The notes: generated by a model from the sequence alone, not told the origin. DNA of 64,000 nucleotides from an uncultured Planctomycetaceae bacterium (GCA_964652605.1 CAZZBH010000002.1:5956-69955); one strand, 5' to 3'. Counted from the stretch's first letter, positions 50,271 to 59,434 are shown. Made by a program: numbers and translations.

Positions 50271-51596
50271 TCACATCCCCTGACCGCCTGCCGCCTGAGA
50301 ATCAAACCAGAGGTACACCTCCTCCAAGTCACTGAGAGAACGCTTCGCCGTGTTTCGGTCTGCCCTGTTGTGATGACTTGCAGTGTTACGTGCTTTGCGG
50401 ATGCGATGGATCAGGTCGGCCACGTGTGGATTGATCACTTTGTGTGCTTGCAGATCGTTTGTCATTTCCAGCGCGGTGCGGTCTTGAAGCCGCCCGTTGC
50501 GTTCGTTGGTAAGCGGGACTCCCGCGTTCTTTGCGCAAAGTCTGAGGAGTTGTTCAATGGCCGTAAAGCACTTTGCGACGCATGCGCTGGCATCTGTCTC
50601 CTCAAGCGCGACAGCCTGCCTGCATGCCTCATTGATGTTCTTGGGTACTCGGAGCGAAGCAAAGGACGGCATTGCATCGCGAGCATCAATGGGGGTAGCG
50701 GGCGACTCTGCTGGAGAGCCCTTCTGAAAAAGGAACTTGATCCGTTCCACTTCGTTGGGCGTCAGCGCGTAGCCCGCCCCCTCTATCTTGATGCCGATCT
50801 CGACACATTTCTCACGGAGTGCCTTCAGTGAAACACCCAGCTCCATATACACGCGATGGGCGGGTACACACGTGCCGCGGTGAGCACGACGAATTGCTTC
50901 AACGTGGCTTGGGGGCAACTTGTCGACAGCGCACTTGATCGCGATGCCAAGTTCCGCGGCCAGTGCCTTCAGCTCATTCAGGCCGATGCCGAGTTCTCTG
51001 TAGACCTTGTGCGCCTCCATCAATTCTTCCGGTGAACCTACGGTCGAACCCGCCAACTGCTGACTCGGCTCCGTACCGTTGGAAAAGGTGCCCAGTTGCC
51101 GTGCAAACCCTTTGACGCGCGGCGCTGCTCGGGTAGTCAGCCATTGCATCACCGCACTCAGTTGGTGAGAACACCAACCGGCGCTTGAATGCGCAGAGCT
51201 GGAGTCGCGTACATCGGTCGACAGCAATGCCTCGTGGGCTTCGAAGATTCCCGTTACTGCAGCGTAGACATGCGGTGGAACATGCCCACGGATTTCAAGT
51301 TCCTGCAGAATGTCGGAGTTCTTTCGCGGCACGGATGATACGCCGCCTTCGTGGAGGTCCACATTCTCAGCGGCAACAGACGTGATCGTTGCCAGATGCC
51401 GGAGGATGGCTCCAATCGCCGCATTGCACTTCAAGATGCATTGCTCTTGGTCGGAAAGACAGGCACGCTTGGCCTGTTCATACGCGTCAATGATGTCTTG
51501 CGGAATGCCCCCCTGATGACGAGCTGAATCGTTGCTTCCACTCATGCGTAGTGACCTTCCTTGAAGCACGTACCGCGAAGCCAACGCGCTTTTCAT
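50271..51596 (-). CDS. Protein with two DUF4145-like domains flanking a tandem pair of Rho-N/HhH-like motifs
   Basis: The internal repeat is KVYRELGIGLNELKALAAELGIAIK / RVYMELGVSLKALREKCVEIGIKIE. The terminal domains (..AIGAILRHLA.. and ..HKVINPHVADLIHRIRKARNTASH..) resemble DUF4145. Confidence 0.4.
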   Translation of the reverse strand: MKSALASRYVLQGRSLRMSGSNDSARHQGGIPQDIIDAYEQAKRACLSDQEQCILKCNAAIGAILRHLATITSVAAENVDLHEGGVSSVPRKNSDILQELEIRGHVPPHVYAAVTGIFEAHEALLSTDVRDSSSAHSSAGWCSHQLSAVMQWLTTRAAPRVKGFARQLGTFSNGTEPSQQLAGSTVGSPEELMEAHKVYRELGIGLNELKALAAELGIAIKCAVDKLPPSHVEAIRRAHRGTCVPAHRVYMELGVSLKALREKCVEIGIKIEGAGYALTPNEVERIKFLFQKGSPAESPATPIDARDAMPSFASLRVPKNINEACRQAVALEETDASACVAKCFTAIEQLLRLCAKNAGVPLTNERNGRLQDRTALEMTNDLQAHKVINPHVADLIHRIRKARNTASHHNRADRNTAKRSLSDLEEVYLWFDSQAAGGQGM

Positions 51597-51904
51597 TGCG
51601 AGTCACCACACCGTCTACACAAATGAAGGAGGAGCGACCCGGCGCTGCCTCCGTTCAGGCTCCGCTAGAAGCCCTTGCACAAGCAGACATCCGAATCGCC
51701 CCAGCCGGGGCGCTTCGGTGTCTGCGGTGTGCTTGGAACCTAGCGGATTCGAACGGACCGCAGATCACGATGCGCAGTTGTACTGACACTCAACCGGCGA
51801 CCATCGCCGGCTATTGACCTCCAGTTGCTCTGACCCCCGAAGTCTACCTGACCGTGCGACAGCGGCCAATGCGCTGCTGTTCGCCTTTCCCGAAAGGAGT
51901 CCTG

Positions 51905-52798
51905 ATGTTTCTGAGCACTGCCAACTTGAAGCACCACGTGGCAGCCGCAAGCCGTGGCCGCTACGCGCTGAACAGCATTGCGTTGACGCCCAACGGGACG
52001 ATGTCCACTGACGGGCACTCCCTGCTGTTCACGCCGTACCCGGACGCAGATCCCAAGGACGCTCCGAAGATCGATGGTGTTGACCCGAAAACACCCGCTC
52101 CGCAGGTCGAGCCCTTCCTGCTGGATCTCGGCGACGCCGGCAAGGCCGCAGCAATGCTGGGCAAGCCGAGGCGCCACGCGCCCGCGGTCACTCAGTTCAT
52201 TCAGGCCGAGATCAGCGACGACGCCATTGTCTTGGGCGTCACCGATCTGGCCAACGCCCAAACGATGAAGGCCCGGCGCATGGACGGCGTGTACCCCGAG
52301 GTCGGCGCCGTGATCCCGGACTACGACAAGGCGATGGCCGTCAGCGTCAACCTCGACCAACTGGTGAGGTCACTGAAGGCTCTTCGAGGAGCAACCAGCG
52401 ACGAGGTCGTCACGATCCGCATCATCGATGACCAGCAGGCGGTCGGATTCTCCTGCAAGGATGGCACCGCAATGCTGTGCATGCCCGTGCAGGTCGACAA
52501 GCCGGAGGAGCACATCCCAGACCAACTCGCCAAGCTGCGCACGAATGCGGAAGGACCGCCGGCCACGCCGGTCGCGCCTCCCGCTGCGCCTGAAGACGAC
52601 AATGAGGATGAGGGCGAATCCAGCATCCCCACAGAGACCGAGATGCAGGAGGCGCAGGAAGTGTTCGACGCGCAGCCGGTCATGCCTGAGCCCACTGTCG
52701 CTGCGACCGCGACCCGGCCCCAGCTAGCCAAACCGCGCCGGCGCCGCCACAAGTCGGTGCCAGTCGAGTCGGAACTGGCCGAGATCATCAACGGGTGA
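51905..52798 (+). CDS. DNA polymerase III beta-subunit (sliding clamp)-like domain protein with acidic/Pro-rich C-terminal tail
   Basis: ..MSTDGHSLLF.. parallels DnaN ..VATDGHRLAV.., ..MDGVYPEVGAVIPDYDK.. parallels ..VDGRFPDYRRVLPKNPDK.., and ..AMLCMPVQV.. parallels ..YVVMPMRL. I placed the start at MFLST with AAGGAG 6 nt upstream. Confidence 0.45.
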   Translation: MFLSTANLKHHVAAASRGRYALNSIALTPNGTMSTDGHSLLFTPYPDADPKDAPKIDGVDPKTPAPQVEPFLLDLGDAGKAAAMLGKPRRHAPAVTQFIQAEISDDAIVLGVTDLANAQTMKARRMDGVYPEVGAVIPDYDKAMAVSVNLDQLVRSLKALRGATSDEVVTIRIIDDQQAVGFSCKDGTAMLCMPVQVDKPEEHIPDQLAKLRTNAEGPPATPVAPPAAPEDDNEDEGESSIPTETEMQEAQEVFDAQPVMPEPTVAATATRPQLAKPRRRRHKSVPVESELAEIING

Positions 52799-52901
52799 TC
52801 GGGCTGGGCCCGCGACGTAATCTTGGCCGGGCGGGTGGGGAGTTCGAGCAAGAAGCCTATTCATAACCGCGGGTACATCTGGCCGTGACTATGGAGAGGC
52901 G

Positions 52902-53156
52902 ATGAAGAAGCAGCGGATTGTGATCAACTCGAACGTGGCGCAGGTGTTCCTCAACTTGCGCCATTCAGCCTGTCCGTCCTGTGGAAGATACAAAACGAAG
53001 ACCGAGTTTCTGTATCTTGAAGCCGACCAAGCGTTCCAAGGGGTTCACTGCCCGTGGTGCGACAACGCTTGGATTGACGCCCTGCCGAGGGCTGCGTTCT
53101 GGGAGTTTTTGTTCTCCACGAGCGAGCCGCAGGTAGAGACGGAGCCGTCCGTCTGA
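52902..53156 (+). CDS. Small zinc-ribbon protein
   Basis: CPSCG...x22...CPWCD forms a CxxC...CxxC zinc-ribbon arrangement. Confidence 0.35.
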   Translation: MKKQRIVINSNVAQVFLNLRHSACPSCGRYKTKTEFLYLEADQAFQGVHCPWCDNAWIDALPRAAFWEFLFSTSEPQVETEPSV

Positions 53157-53409
53157 TTGCGACGTGCGTTTCGTGGTCAGTTGCGCCGCAGCGCAGCCGT
53201 CAGCGCGTTGGTCCACTGCTATAGCCTTGGCAGCCACCTTCGCGAAGGTTGTGCGACCAACCGATTGCCACTTCTTAGACTCCCGGCCCTTGCCGGTTGA
53301 GCCCGCGAGGTCCGCCCGCCGCGGCAATGGCGGCGGGCACTGTCGACGTTCCGCTCACTGATCCTAGGGGCCGGGCTTTGTACCGGCGCCGCAACTTCCA
53401 AGGAGAACC

Positions 53410-53877
53410 ATGGTCAAACTGATCGCCAGCTACGGCTTGAAGGTCCCCGGTGCGCAGGAGTACAGCTCGCAGTCGTTCCATGCGACGGCCGAAGTCGAGC
53501 TAGCCGACGCGCTGGTCAACAAGCCGGATTCCATGAAGGCTGCGCTGCACTCCCTTTGGGGCGACCTCAAGGTGGCTGTCGCCGAGCAGATCCAACGTGG
53601 CCAACCGGCACCCGACCGCAGCAGCAATGGAAACGGACGCACCAACGGCAATGGCCACCACCGGAATCAAGGCGCCTCTGGGCGAAGCTCGCGCGAGGGC
53701 AACGGTGCATCGGCCAGCAAAAAGCAGATTGGGTTCCTGCTGAGCCTCACGCGGCGCAAGCGCAATCTCAGCGCCGAGCAGACACGGGAATGGCTGCTCA
53801 ACGAGCGAGGCCTGCGCCTGAATGCGCTGAGCAAGTCAGAAGCAGGGACGCTCATCGATGAACTCAACGACAACTAA
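53410..53877 (+). CDS. Hypothetical protein with Gly/Asn-rich linker
   Basis: A 155-aa ORF with AAGGAGAACC RBS context. Confidence 0.35.
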   Translation: MVKLIASYGLKVPGAQEYSSQSFHATAEVELADALVNKPDSMKAALHSLWGDLKVAVAEQIQRGQPAPDRSSNGNGRTNGNGHHRNQGASGRSSREGNGASASKKQIGFLLSLTRRKRNLSAEQTREWLLNERGLRLNALSKSEAGTLIDELNDN

Positions 53878-53965
53878 GCGTCGGCGAGTGGGGGAACTGG
53901 CTTTGGCAACCTGAGTTACTGAGGGCCGGTGTAGTTCTGCCGGCCCTCGATGAAGGGAGGTAGGG

Positions 53966-54760
53966 ATGACAACAAAAACAGGTACGCGCACCAGCTACAG
54001 CAAGCTGTCAACATGGTTGCGCTGTCCGAAGAAGTACAAGCACCGATACGTTGATGATGCACCCGAAGAGATTACCCCAGTATCGCTGGTGCTCGGCACA
54101 GCCATTCACGAAGCGTGCGAAGTGTTCCTTGGCGCGCTGAAGGATGGCCAACCACCGATTGCGGAAGAGGTTTACGGAGCATTCCATCGTGCCTTCACGG
54201 ACAGCGTGAAGTTGGCGGAAGACATGAACGTTCCGATGGAATGGGGCAAAAGCAGCTACGAGTCGATGGTTGAGAAGGGCGAGGCACTGATCGCAACGTT
54301 CTTGGCTGAGGTGGATCGAGATATCCGCGTCGTTGCAACCGAGGTTCCGTTTCAGTTCGAGATCGCACCCGGCAGGATGGTTGAGGGTGTCATCGACCTG
54401 ATTCTGGATGACGGCAACGGGCGCTACCGCGTTGTGGACCTGAAGACTGCTGCATCAACCTACGGACAGGACCGCATCGATCACGACATCCAGCCAACTG
54501 TCTACATAGCAGCCGTCGAGCATCTCTACTCGGCACCGGGACGGGTAGACTTCGAATTCTGGTTGCTTTTGAAGCTGAAGAAACCGCAGTTCAAGATCAT
54601 GCCGGTCGTTCGAGACGCAGCAGACCGGGCGGAACTAATCGAGACCATCGACGAGATCGAGCATGCATGTCTTCGCGGCGTGTTCCCCCGCATCCGGGGA
54701 TTCATGTGCGTTGGCTGCGAGTACAGGAGCCGCTGCAGCGTCTCAACGAAGGGAGCGTGA
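53966..54760 (+). CDS. PD-(D/E)xK nuclease, Cas4/RecB-exonuclease-like with C-terminal Cys cluster
   Basis: The N-terminal motif is SYSKLSTWLRCPKKYKHRY, the core is GVIDLILDDGNGRYRVVDLKT (D...DLK) with QPTVYIAA (QxxxY), and the C-terminal cysteines are CVGCEYRSRC. Confidence 0.65.
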   Translation: MTTKTGTRTSYSKLSTWLRCPKKYKHRYVDDAPEEITPVSLVLGTAIHEACEVFLGALKDGQPPIAEEVYGAFHRAFTDSVKLAEDMNVPMEWGKSSYESMVEKGEALIATFLAEVDRDIRVVATEVPFQFEIAPGRMVEGVIDLILDDGNGRYRVVDLKTAASTYGQDRIDHDIQPTVYIAAVEHLYSAPGRVDFEFWLLLKLKKPQFKIMPVVRDAADRAELIETIDEIEHACLRGVFPRIRGFMCVGCEYRSRCSVSTKGA

Positions 54761-55119
54761 TGGCGCGAAAGAATCGCAGGCGCAGCCGGCCACCACCGGC
54801 TTGGTATGTACAAGGTGACGCAGAGACTGTCCGGCAGGTGAGCTTCCATCGGATGATCGAAGTTCTGAGCGCGCACCAACTCGAAGCTTTGGAGGCGATG
54901 GTCGACCTGCGGGAGCTTGAACTGGAGTTTCAAGCCAAGATCGCGACCGTTGGACTGGCCAGCCATCAGCTAGATGTGTTTCAAGCTGCCCTTGCTCGAC
55001 TGCCGCAACTGACACCTGAGATGCAGGTCCAGTTGGCACGGGCGCTGCAGCACGTGACCTCGCCGGGGCTACCCATTCCTGCCCAAGCCCCAACCAGTCA
55101 CCCGCCGCAAGGCGGCTGA
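54760..55119 (+). CDS. Hypothetical protein translationally coupled (ATGA) to the Cas4-like nuclease
   Basis: Reading from MARKNRRR gives 120 aa. Confidence 0.3.
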   Translation: MARKNRRRSRPPPAWYVQGDAETVRQVSFHRMIEVLSAHQLEALEAMVDLRELELEFQAKIATVGLASHQLDVFQAALARLPQLTPEMQVQLARALQHVTSPGLPIPAQAPTSHPPQGG

Positions 55120-55191
55120 CCCCGCCAAACGAAGTCCGATCAGGGGCTTCGTTTTTACGGGCAACGTTGCCGGCAACTCGGATGTAGTCCA

Positions 55192-55953
55192 TCAGTTTCT
55201 CTCCGGCTCAGTGAACACGAACTCGGTGTGCGGGATCCGCATCTTCGGCATCTTGCCATCGGGGAACAACACTTCCCGGCACCAAGCGCGAGTCTCCAGT
55301 GTGAGGTAATGCAGGACTCTGTTGATCTCCGGGTAGCAGTCCTCGTACTCGTCGACCATGACCTTCTTGCCGTCTTTCTCGACTTCCTTCTGGCGGATAG
55401 GCGAGTGGTAGGGCTCTCCCGTGAACACAGGGCGACGACCGTCCTTGCCCTCGTTCCATCGATCGACAACAAAGGCATCAGCGAGGATCGGGATCGGCGT
55501 CTTGAAGTGCGGGTACTGCATGCAGTATTTCAACAGGCAGGCTACTTCGAGGGCGATGTCTTCACGGACTTCGAGCACGATCTCGTCATGTACCTGCATC
55601 AGCGGGAAGATCCCGTCACGGTACTCAGGCCGGGTCATAACTCGCTCCCAGAACAGGGAGAACGCGGCTTTCAGGACGTCAGCAGCCGAGCCTTGCACGA
55701 TGGTGTTGAAGATCGTTCCGGGAGAAATGCGGTTCTTGATCCTGAGCCCGCCTTCGAAGATCCAGCGATCCCATGAGCGTTTGCGCCCGGAGAACGGGAT
55801 GACGTAGTCCCTGACCTCTTCGCGATCCCACAGCTCCTTGAGGAACTCGATGAAGGACTCGATCTCGTGGTTGACCTCGAAGAAGCCGTTACGCAGAGAC
55901 TCTGCAACATCGAACCCCAGCTCGAAAGCGATAGCGAAGGTCTTCGCCGTCAT
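55192..55953 (-). pseudogene. Family A (Pol I/T7-like) DNA polymerase C-terminal fragment (motif B to motif C), probably a remnant of a polymerase gene disrupted by the upstream homing endonuclease
   Basis: The N-terminus MTAKTFAIAFELGF parallels T7 motif B RDNAKTFIYGFLYG. ..NTIVQGSAADVLKAAF... then MQVHDEIVLEV matches the Pol A Q(G)SAAD..K and (V)HDE motif C. No upstream ORF encodes motif A or the exonuclease domain. Confidence 0.55.
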
Positions 55954-57248
55954 GCCATAGCCCCGGCGATGCCTTCAAAACGGTGCACCCAATCGTCAGC
56001 AAGCAAGATCGGACCGATGGACTCGGGAGCGCTAGGTCCGCGTGGCAGGGGGACCAACATGCTCTTCTCCGCGGTGGACCTGCTCCGGATCTTGATGGTG
56101 CAGCACTTGTGACTGACAAGAAAGCTGAGGCACGGAGTTCGCTTGGCGGATACCAAGTGCTGCACGTAGGGCAAGCGAGTGTCACCGAAACGGACGCGCT
56201 TCTTCAATCGCAGGCATTCGCGCATCTTCTCCCGTGCCGCACCCTTGGATTGCTTGTAGAGAAACTCCAGCTCGCGCTGCGGAATGTCGTAGCCATGCGC
56301 AGCCATCATTCTGCTGACGTGGGGACGCGCAAAGTTCTGCTTCCGGTGAGATGAGAACCCAATGGTCTCCATAAACCGGTTTACGAATCGATGGCTTCGC
56401 AGGAGAACGCCATGGAAGGACCCGTAAGTCGGCTTCACCTCGGTTGTGCGGTACGCCGGAATACCCATCTCCCATAACAGTGTATGGACCTGATCTGCGA
56501 GGATCGGCGACTTGACCATGGTGCCAATCGGCGACGTGACCTGTCCCTTCGTGGACCAAATGCTGCCGTCACCGGCATAGAAGGCGCTCAGGAAAGCTGC
56601 GATGATTGATTTTGGTGCCGCAAGTACACACAAGGGGATCCCGCGATCACCCGAAAGTGCACCCATCAACTGCGAAGCCGCCCAGTAGTAGAGGTCGCGT
56701 CGGTGTACAGCAACAACTTGCAGACCCTTCGAGGTCCACGTCTTCACGTTCGAGCTACCGAATGTGTGTTCGGCGGTCTTGATCAGGTCGTCGGCAATGT
56801 CCTTGTCCGATAGGCTAACGGTAACTCGGGCCGAGTAGCTGCTGCGGTTCTTGTGCAAGTTTCCCTCGGCCACGAGGTAGCCGAGATACCGGGCAACGAG
56901 GTCATCTAGCTGATTCCGGGCGAAGGCAGGCTTCGAGCTCGTTCGAGCTGGCAATACAAGAGGAGACAGGGCGGTACTCGTACCAAACCGGTCCCAGCCC
57001 AATCCGGCCACCAACGAGTCGCCGGGCAAGACCTTTGAGGCTCGTGTGGGCCGCAGACCCAGAGGTCCCGAAACCAGCAATGGCATCTGGGGGTCGACGA
57101 CAAGGCGGAATCCGAACTCAGTAGTGATCGTCACGGCAGGCCGCTCTTCTGCTATCGGCTTCCCCTTTGCACCAAGCATGTTCTCCGCGGCGCCCCAGCA
57201 TCCGTTCGAAAAGACCATCGCGCTCGGTGAAACCCATGCTGCAGTCAT
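55950..57248 (-). CDS. LAGLIDADG-family homing endonuclease (two-motif, monomeric type)
   Basis: Motif 1 is YLGYLVAEGNL and motif 2 is FLSAFYAGDGSI. Its stop overlaps the Pol A fragment start (ATGA). Confidence 0.65.
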   Translation of the reverse strand: MTAAWVSPSAMVFSNGCWGAAENMLGAKGKPIAEERPAVTITTEFGFRLVVDPQMPLLVSGPLGLRPTRASKVLPGDSLVAGLGWDRFGTSTALSPLVLPARTSSKPAFARNQLDDLVARYLGYLVAEGNLHKNRSSYSARVTVSLSDKDIADDLIKTAEHTFGSSNVKTWTSKGLQVVAVHRRDLYYWAASQLMGALSGDRGIPLCVLAAPKSIIAAFLSAFYAGDGSIWSTKGQVTSPIGTMVKSPILADQVHTLLWEMGIPAYRTTEVKPTYGSFHGVLLRSHRFVNRFMETIGFSSHRKQNFARPHVSRMMAAHGYDIPQRELEFLYKQSKGAAREKMRECLRLKKRVRFGDTRLPYVQHLVSAKRTPCLSFLVSHKCCTIKIRSRSTAEKSMLVPLPRGPSAPESIGPILLADDWVHRFEGIAGAMA

Positions 57249-57696
57249 CGATGTCCTCCGTGGTGGTTCAATCGGATTGAACCACTATTAACGAAATCAC
57301 CATTGCTCGCTCGCATATGCCGGGCCTAGTGCGGATGAACGCCGTGATGGGCGCTGACTAGATGGCTTGCAGGGACCAGCCTCCATCCCGGAGGACGCAA
57401 CCCGATCCACGATCCGAAAGATGGCGGCAGACCGAGGAAGGCCAGCACCTCCGGCTAAGGAATCGCACCATCGACATGTGCCGACCAGCGAACTCATGTA
57501 TGGAAGTATGAACCGATTCGGCTTTTGAACGACTTGGTCATGAGGCCGTGAAGGGTAGAGCCGCGGCGCACGTCGCTGGACTGGACAACCGAGTTCAGAT
57601 CGTCTGCAGATCAAACGGGGAGCGCGTGGGTGATGGGGATTTGGGGTCATGGGAATCCGGCAACCATGGGCCTCGCGAAATGGGGTTCACAGGCAA

Positions 57697-58878
57697 TCAT
57701 CCGATGCGTGGGCGGCTGTCGGTGCGCTTGTGCGGCAGGTTTCGCAAGACTTGATCATCCCACCGGAACTTCAGGATGGCATTTCGCACGTCACCGGTAG
57801 CCGCGACTGCCGTCAGTCCACCTGAGCGGCTTTCCAGCGCCTGCCGGAATGAGTCGCTGAGCAGACGTCCTGCAATCATTGGATGCGGATCCTCCAATGG
57901 TTGCAGGACGTCGAGCTTGGGTAGCCTTGCTTTCGTGCGCTTTGGCAGGCCCCAAGTTCTGAACAACCGAACCCTTCCCTTCAGGTCAATCAGGGCCCGT
58001 GCCCAGTTCTCGTAGCTTGGGCAATCGTCTGACACGGTGATCTCTGCCTTGATGGCATAGAACACGGCCCGAAAGATGGTCTCGCTTATCAACTTGGGCG
58101 AGCATCCACGCAGGAGTTTCGGCGACACTTTTTTGCGTGGAGAAAGATCGCCCATCGCGCCCTCGCACACCGCCCGCCATTGTTTGCCAAGCTTCTGGCG
58201 ACTGATGGGCGCGCCGGCGTACACCACGTGAGCGTGGGCGTGGTATCCGTCGGTAGAACAGACAATGTCTATCCCCAATGCGACAAACTGAACCTCCGGC
58301 TGCCGTAACAACCACTTCCTGAACTTGGCTATCGACTGGTTGAGGCGCTGAACGGCAGCAGGGGCATCTTCAGCACGGCGCTTCGGCTGTGTAAGCCCAA
58401 ACGTGAAGATCGAATGACCACGCCGGACCGCGTCAAGGAAATAAGGAGTCAGCTCTCGCGTTTTCTGTCGCTGCACGCGTCGACTGCACACCGGACACCG
58501 GGACTTCTCGCAGCGAACGCTGACCTTCAACGGATACCGGCCGTCTGGCCGGTATGTCTGCCGCATGTCGACGTTGCAGTAGCCGATCTTGTGGGCAAGC
58601 GACGGATCGAGAGGAAACAGCGCGCCGGCCAGTCGTTCCTTCTCGATCCAGTACGGGTAGTTAGCGTGCTGGTAGATCCCTGACAGGACCTCCTCACAGG
58701 CATCCCGCCCGAGCGTAGGCAGGATGGTCATTTTAGTACCCCCTAGTACAAGTCTTTCCATTTCCGAAATCAGGCCATACCGCTCCGGCCGGGCATCGGA
58801 CACCAGCTTCTGAAGGTCCACGCGCTTCCTGTGCATGTAATGCCTCGCGGTCGGCTCCAACGCCGGCGATGGTCGCAT
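57697..58878 (-). CDS. Rolling-circle replication initiator-like protein (HUH endonuclease superfamily) with CxxC zinc motif
   Basis: The HUH motif is ..DGYHAHAHVVYAG.. and a YxxK motif 3 candidate lies at ..VFYAIKAEI... The Zn motif is CEKSRCPVCSRR. It sits next to the excisionase at the island end. Confidence 0.5.
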   Translation of the reverse strand: MRPSPALEPTARHYMHRKRVDLQKLVSDARPERYGLISEMERLVLGGTKMTILPTLGRDACEEVLSGIYQHANYPYWIEKERLAGALFPLDPSLAHKIGYCNVDMRQTYRPDGRYPLKVSVRCEKSRCPVCSRRVQRQKTRELTPYFLDAVRRGHSIFTFGLTQPKRRAEDAPAAVQRLNQSIAKFRKWLLRQPEVQFVALGIDIVCSTDGYHAHAHVVYAGAPISRQKLGKQWRAVCEGAMGDLSPRKKVSPKLLRGCSPKLISETIFRAVFYAIKAEITVSDDCPSYENWARALIDLKGRVRLFRTWGLPKRTKARLPKLDVLQPLEDPHPMIAGRLLSDSFRQALESRSGGLTAVAATGDVRNAILKFRWDDQVLRNLPHKRTDSRPRIG

Positions 58879-58885
58879 GGGAGTT

Positions 58886-59119
58886 TCAATTCGCTCTGTA
58901 AGCGGTTAGCCACCGTGCAAGATCGGCACGCCTGATAAGAAAAGGGCCGCGGACCCCGCCGCGACGATAGGCCAGAAGATCTCCCTTTCGGACCGCCTCG
59001 TACGCGACGCTTCTTGAAATGCCGAGAGATCGGCAGATGTCCGGAATCTGCAGGAGGGGCTGGACGCCCATTTCCTTGAGGTCGGCCTCGACCTGTTCTA
59101 CGGTGCTCTGTGTCCGCAT
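58886..59119 (-). CDS. Excisionase/AlpA-like helix-turn-helix DNA-binding protein
   Basis: The 77-aa product ..ICRSLGISRSVAYEAVRKGDLLAYRRGGVRGPFLIRRADLARWL.. is a MerR/Xis-type HTH. It is adjacent to the att site. Confidence 0.6.
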   Translation of the reverse strand: MRTQSTVEQVEADLKEMGVQPLLQIPDICRSLGISRSVAYEAVRKGDLLAYRRGGVRGPFLIRRADLARWLTAYRAN

Positions 59120-59267
59120 AGCGGGCTCCCTGTTTTGGGCTACCGGTAATGGGTCACACCGAGAGTTTGTTTTTCAAGCGAACCTGATCGGTTTTTCTTA
59201 TGCTGGCCACCTGTTAGTGGCGTTGAGTGCCGGATTGTTCGACGACCGTGCACTTGACGTTGCAAGT

Positions 59268-59291
59268 TGGGTGGTACTTTTGGGTGGTACC
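59268..59291 (+). repeat. Putative integrase arm-type site, right copy
   Basis: TGGGTGGTACTTTTGGGTGGTACC matches the 22632-22652 element in the same orientation. It lies ~70 bp inside attR. Confidence 0.4.
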
Positions 59292-59359
59292 TGCCGTTTT
59301 GGGAGAAATGACAACCGCTCAAGGTGGCTTGGAAGCCTTACCCTGAGCGGTTTCTAGGC

Positions 59360-59404
59360 TGGAGCGGGCGAAGGGGTTCGAACCCTCGACCACCTGCTTG
59401 GGAA
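59360..59404. repeat. attR: 45-bp direct repeat forming the 3' half of the intact tRNA-Gly
   Basis: It is identical to 22444-22488. Confidence 0.75.
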
Positions 59405-59434
59405 GCAGGAGCTCTACCACTGAGCTACGCCCGC
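59360..59434 (-). tRNA. tRNA-Gly (anticodon CCC), CCA encoded; integration target of the island
   Basis: The reverse complement is GCGGGCGTAGCTCAGTGGTAGAGCTCCTGCTTCCCAAGCAGGTGGTCGAGGGTTCGAACCCCTTCGCCCGCTCCA. The anticodon loop is TTCCCAA, the discriminator is U73, and the T-loop is TTCGAAC. Confidence 0.85.
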
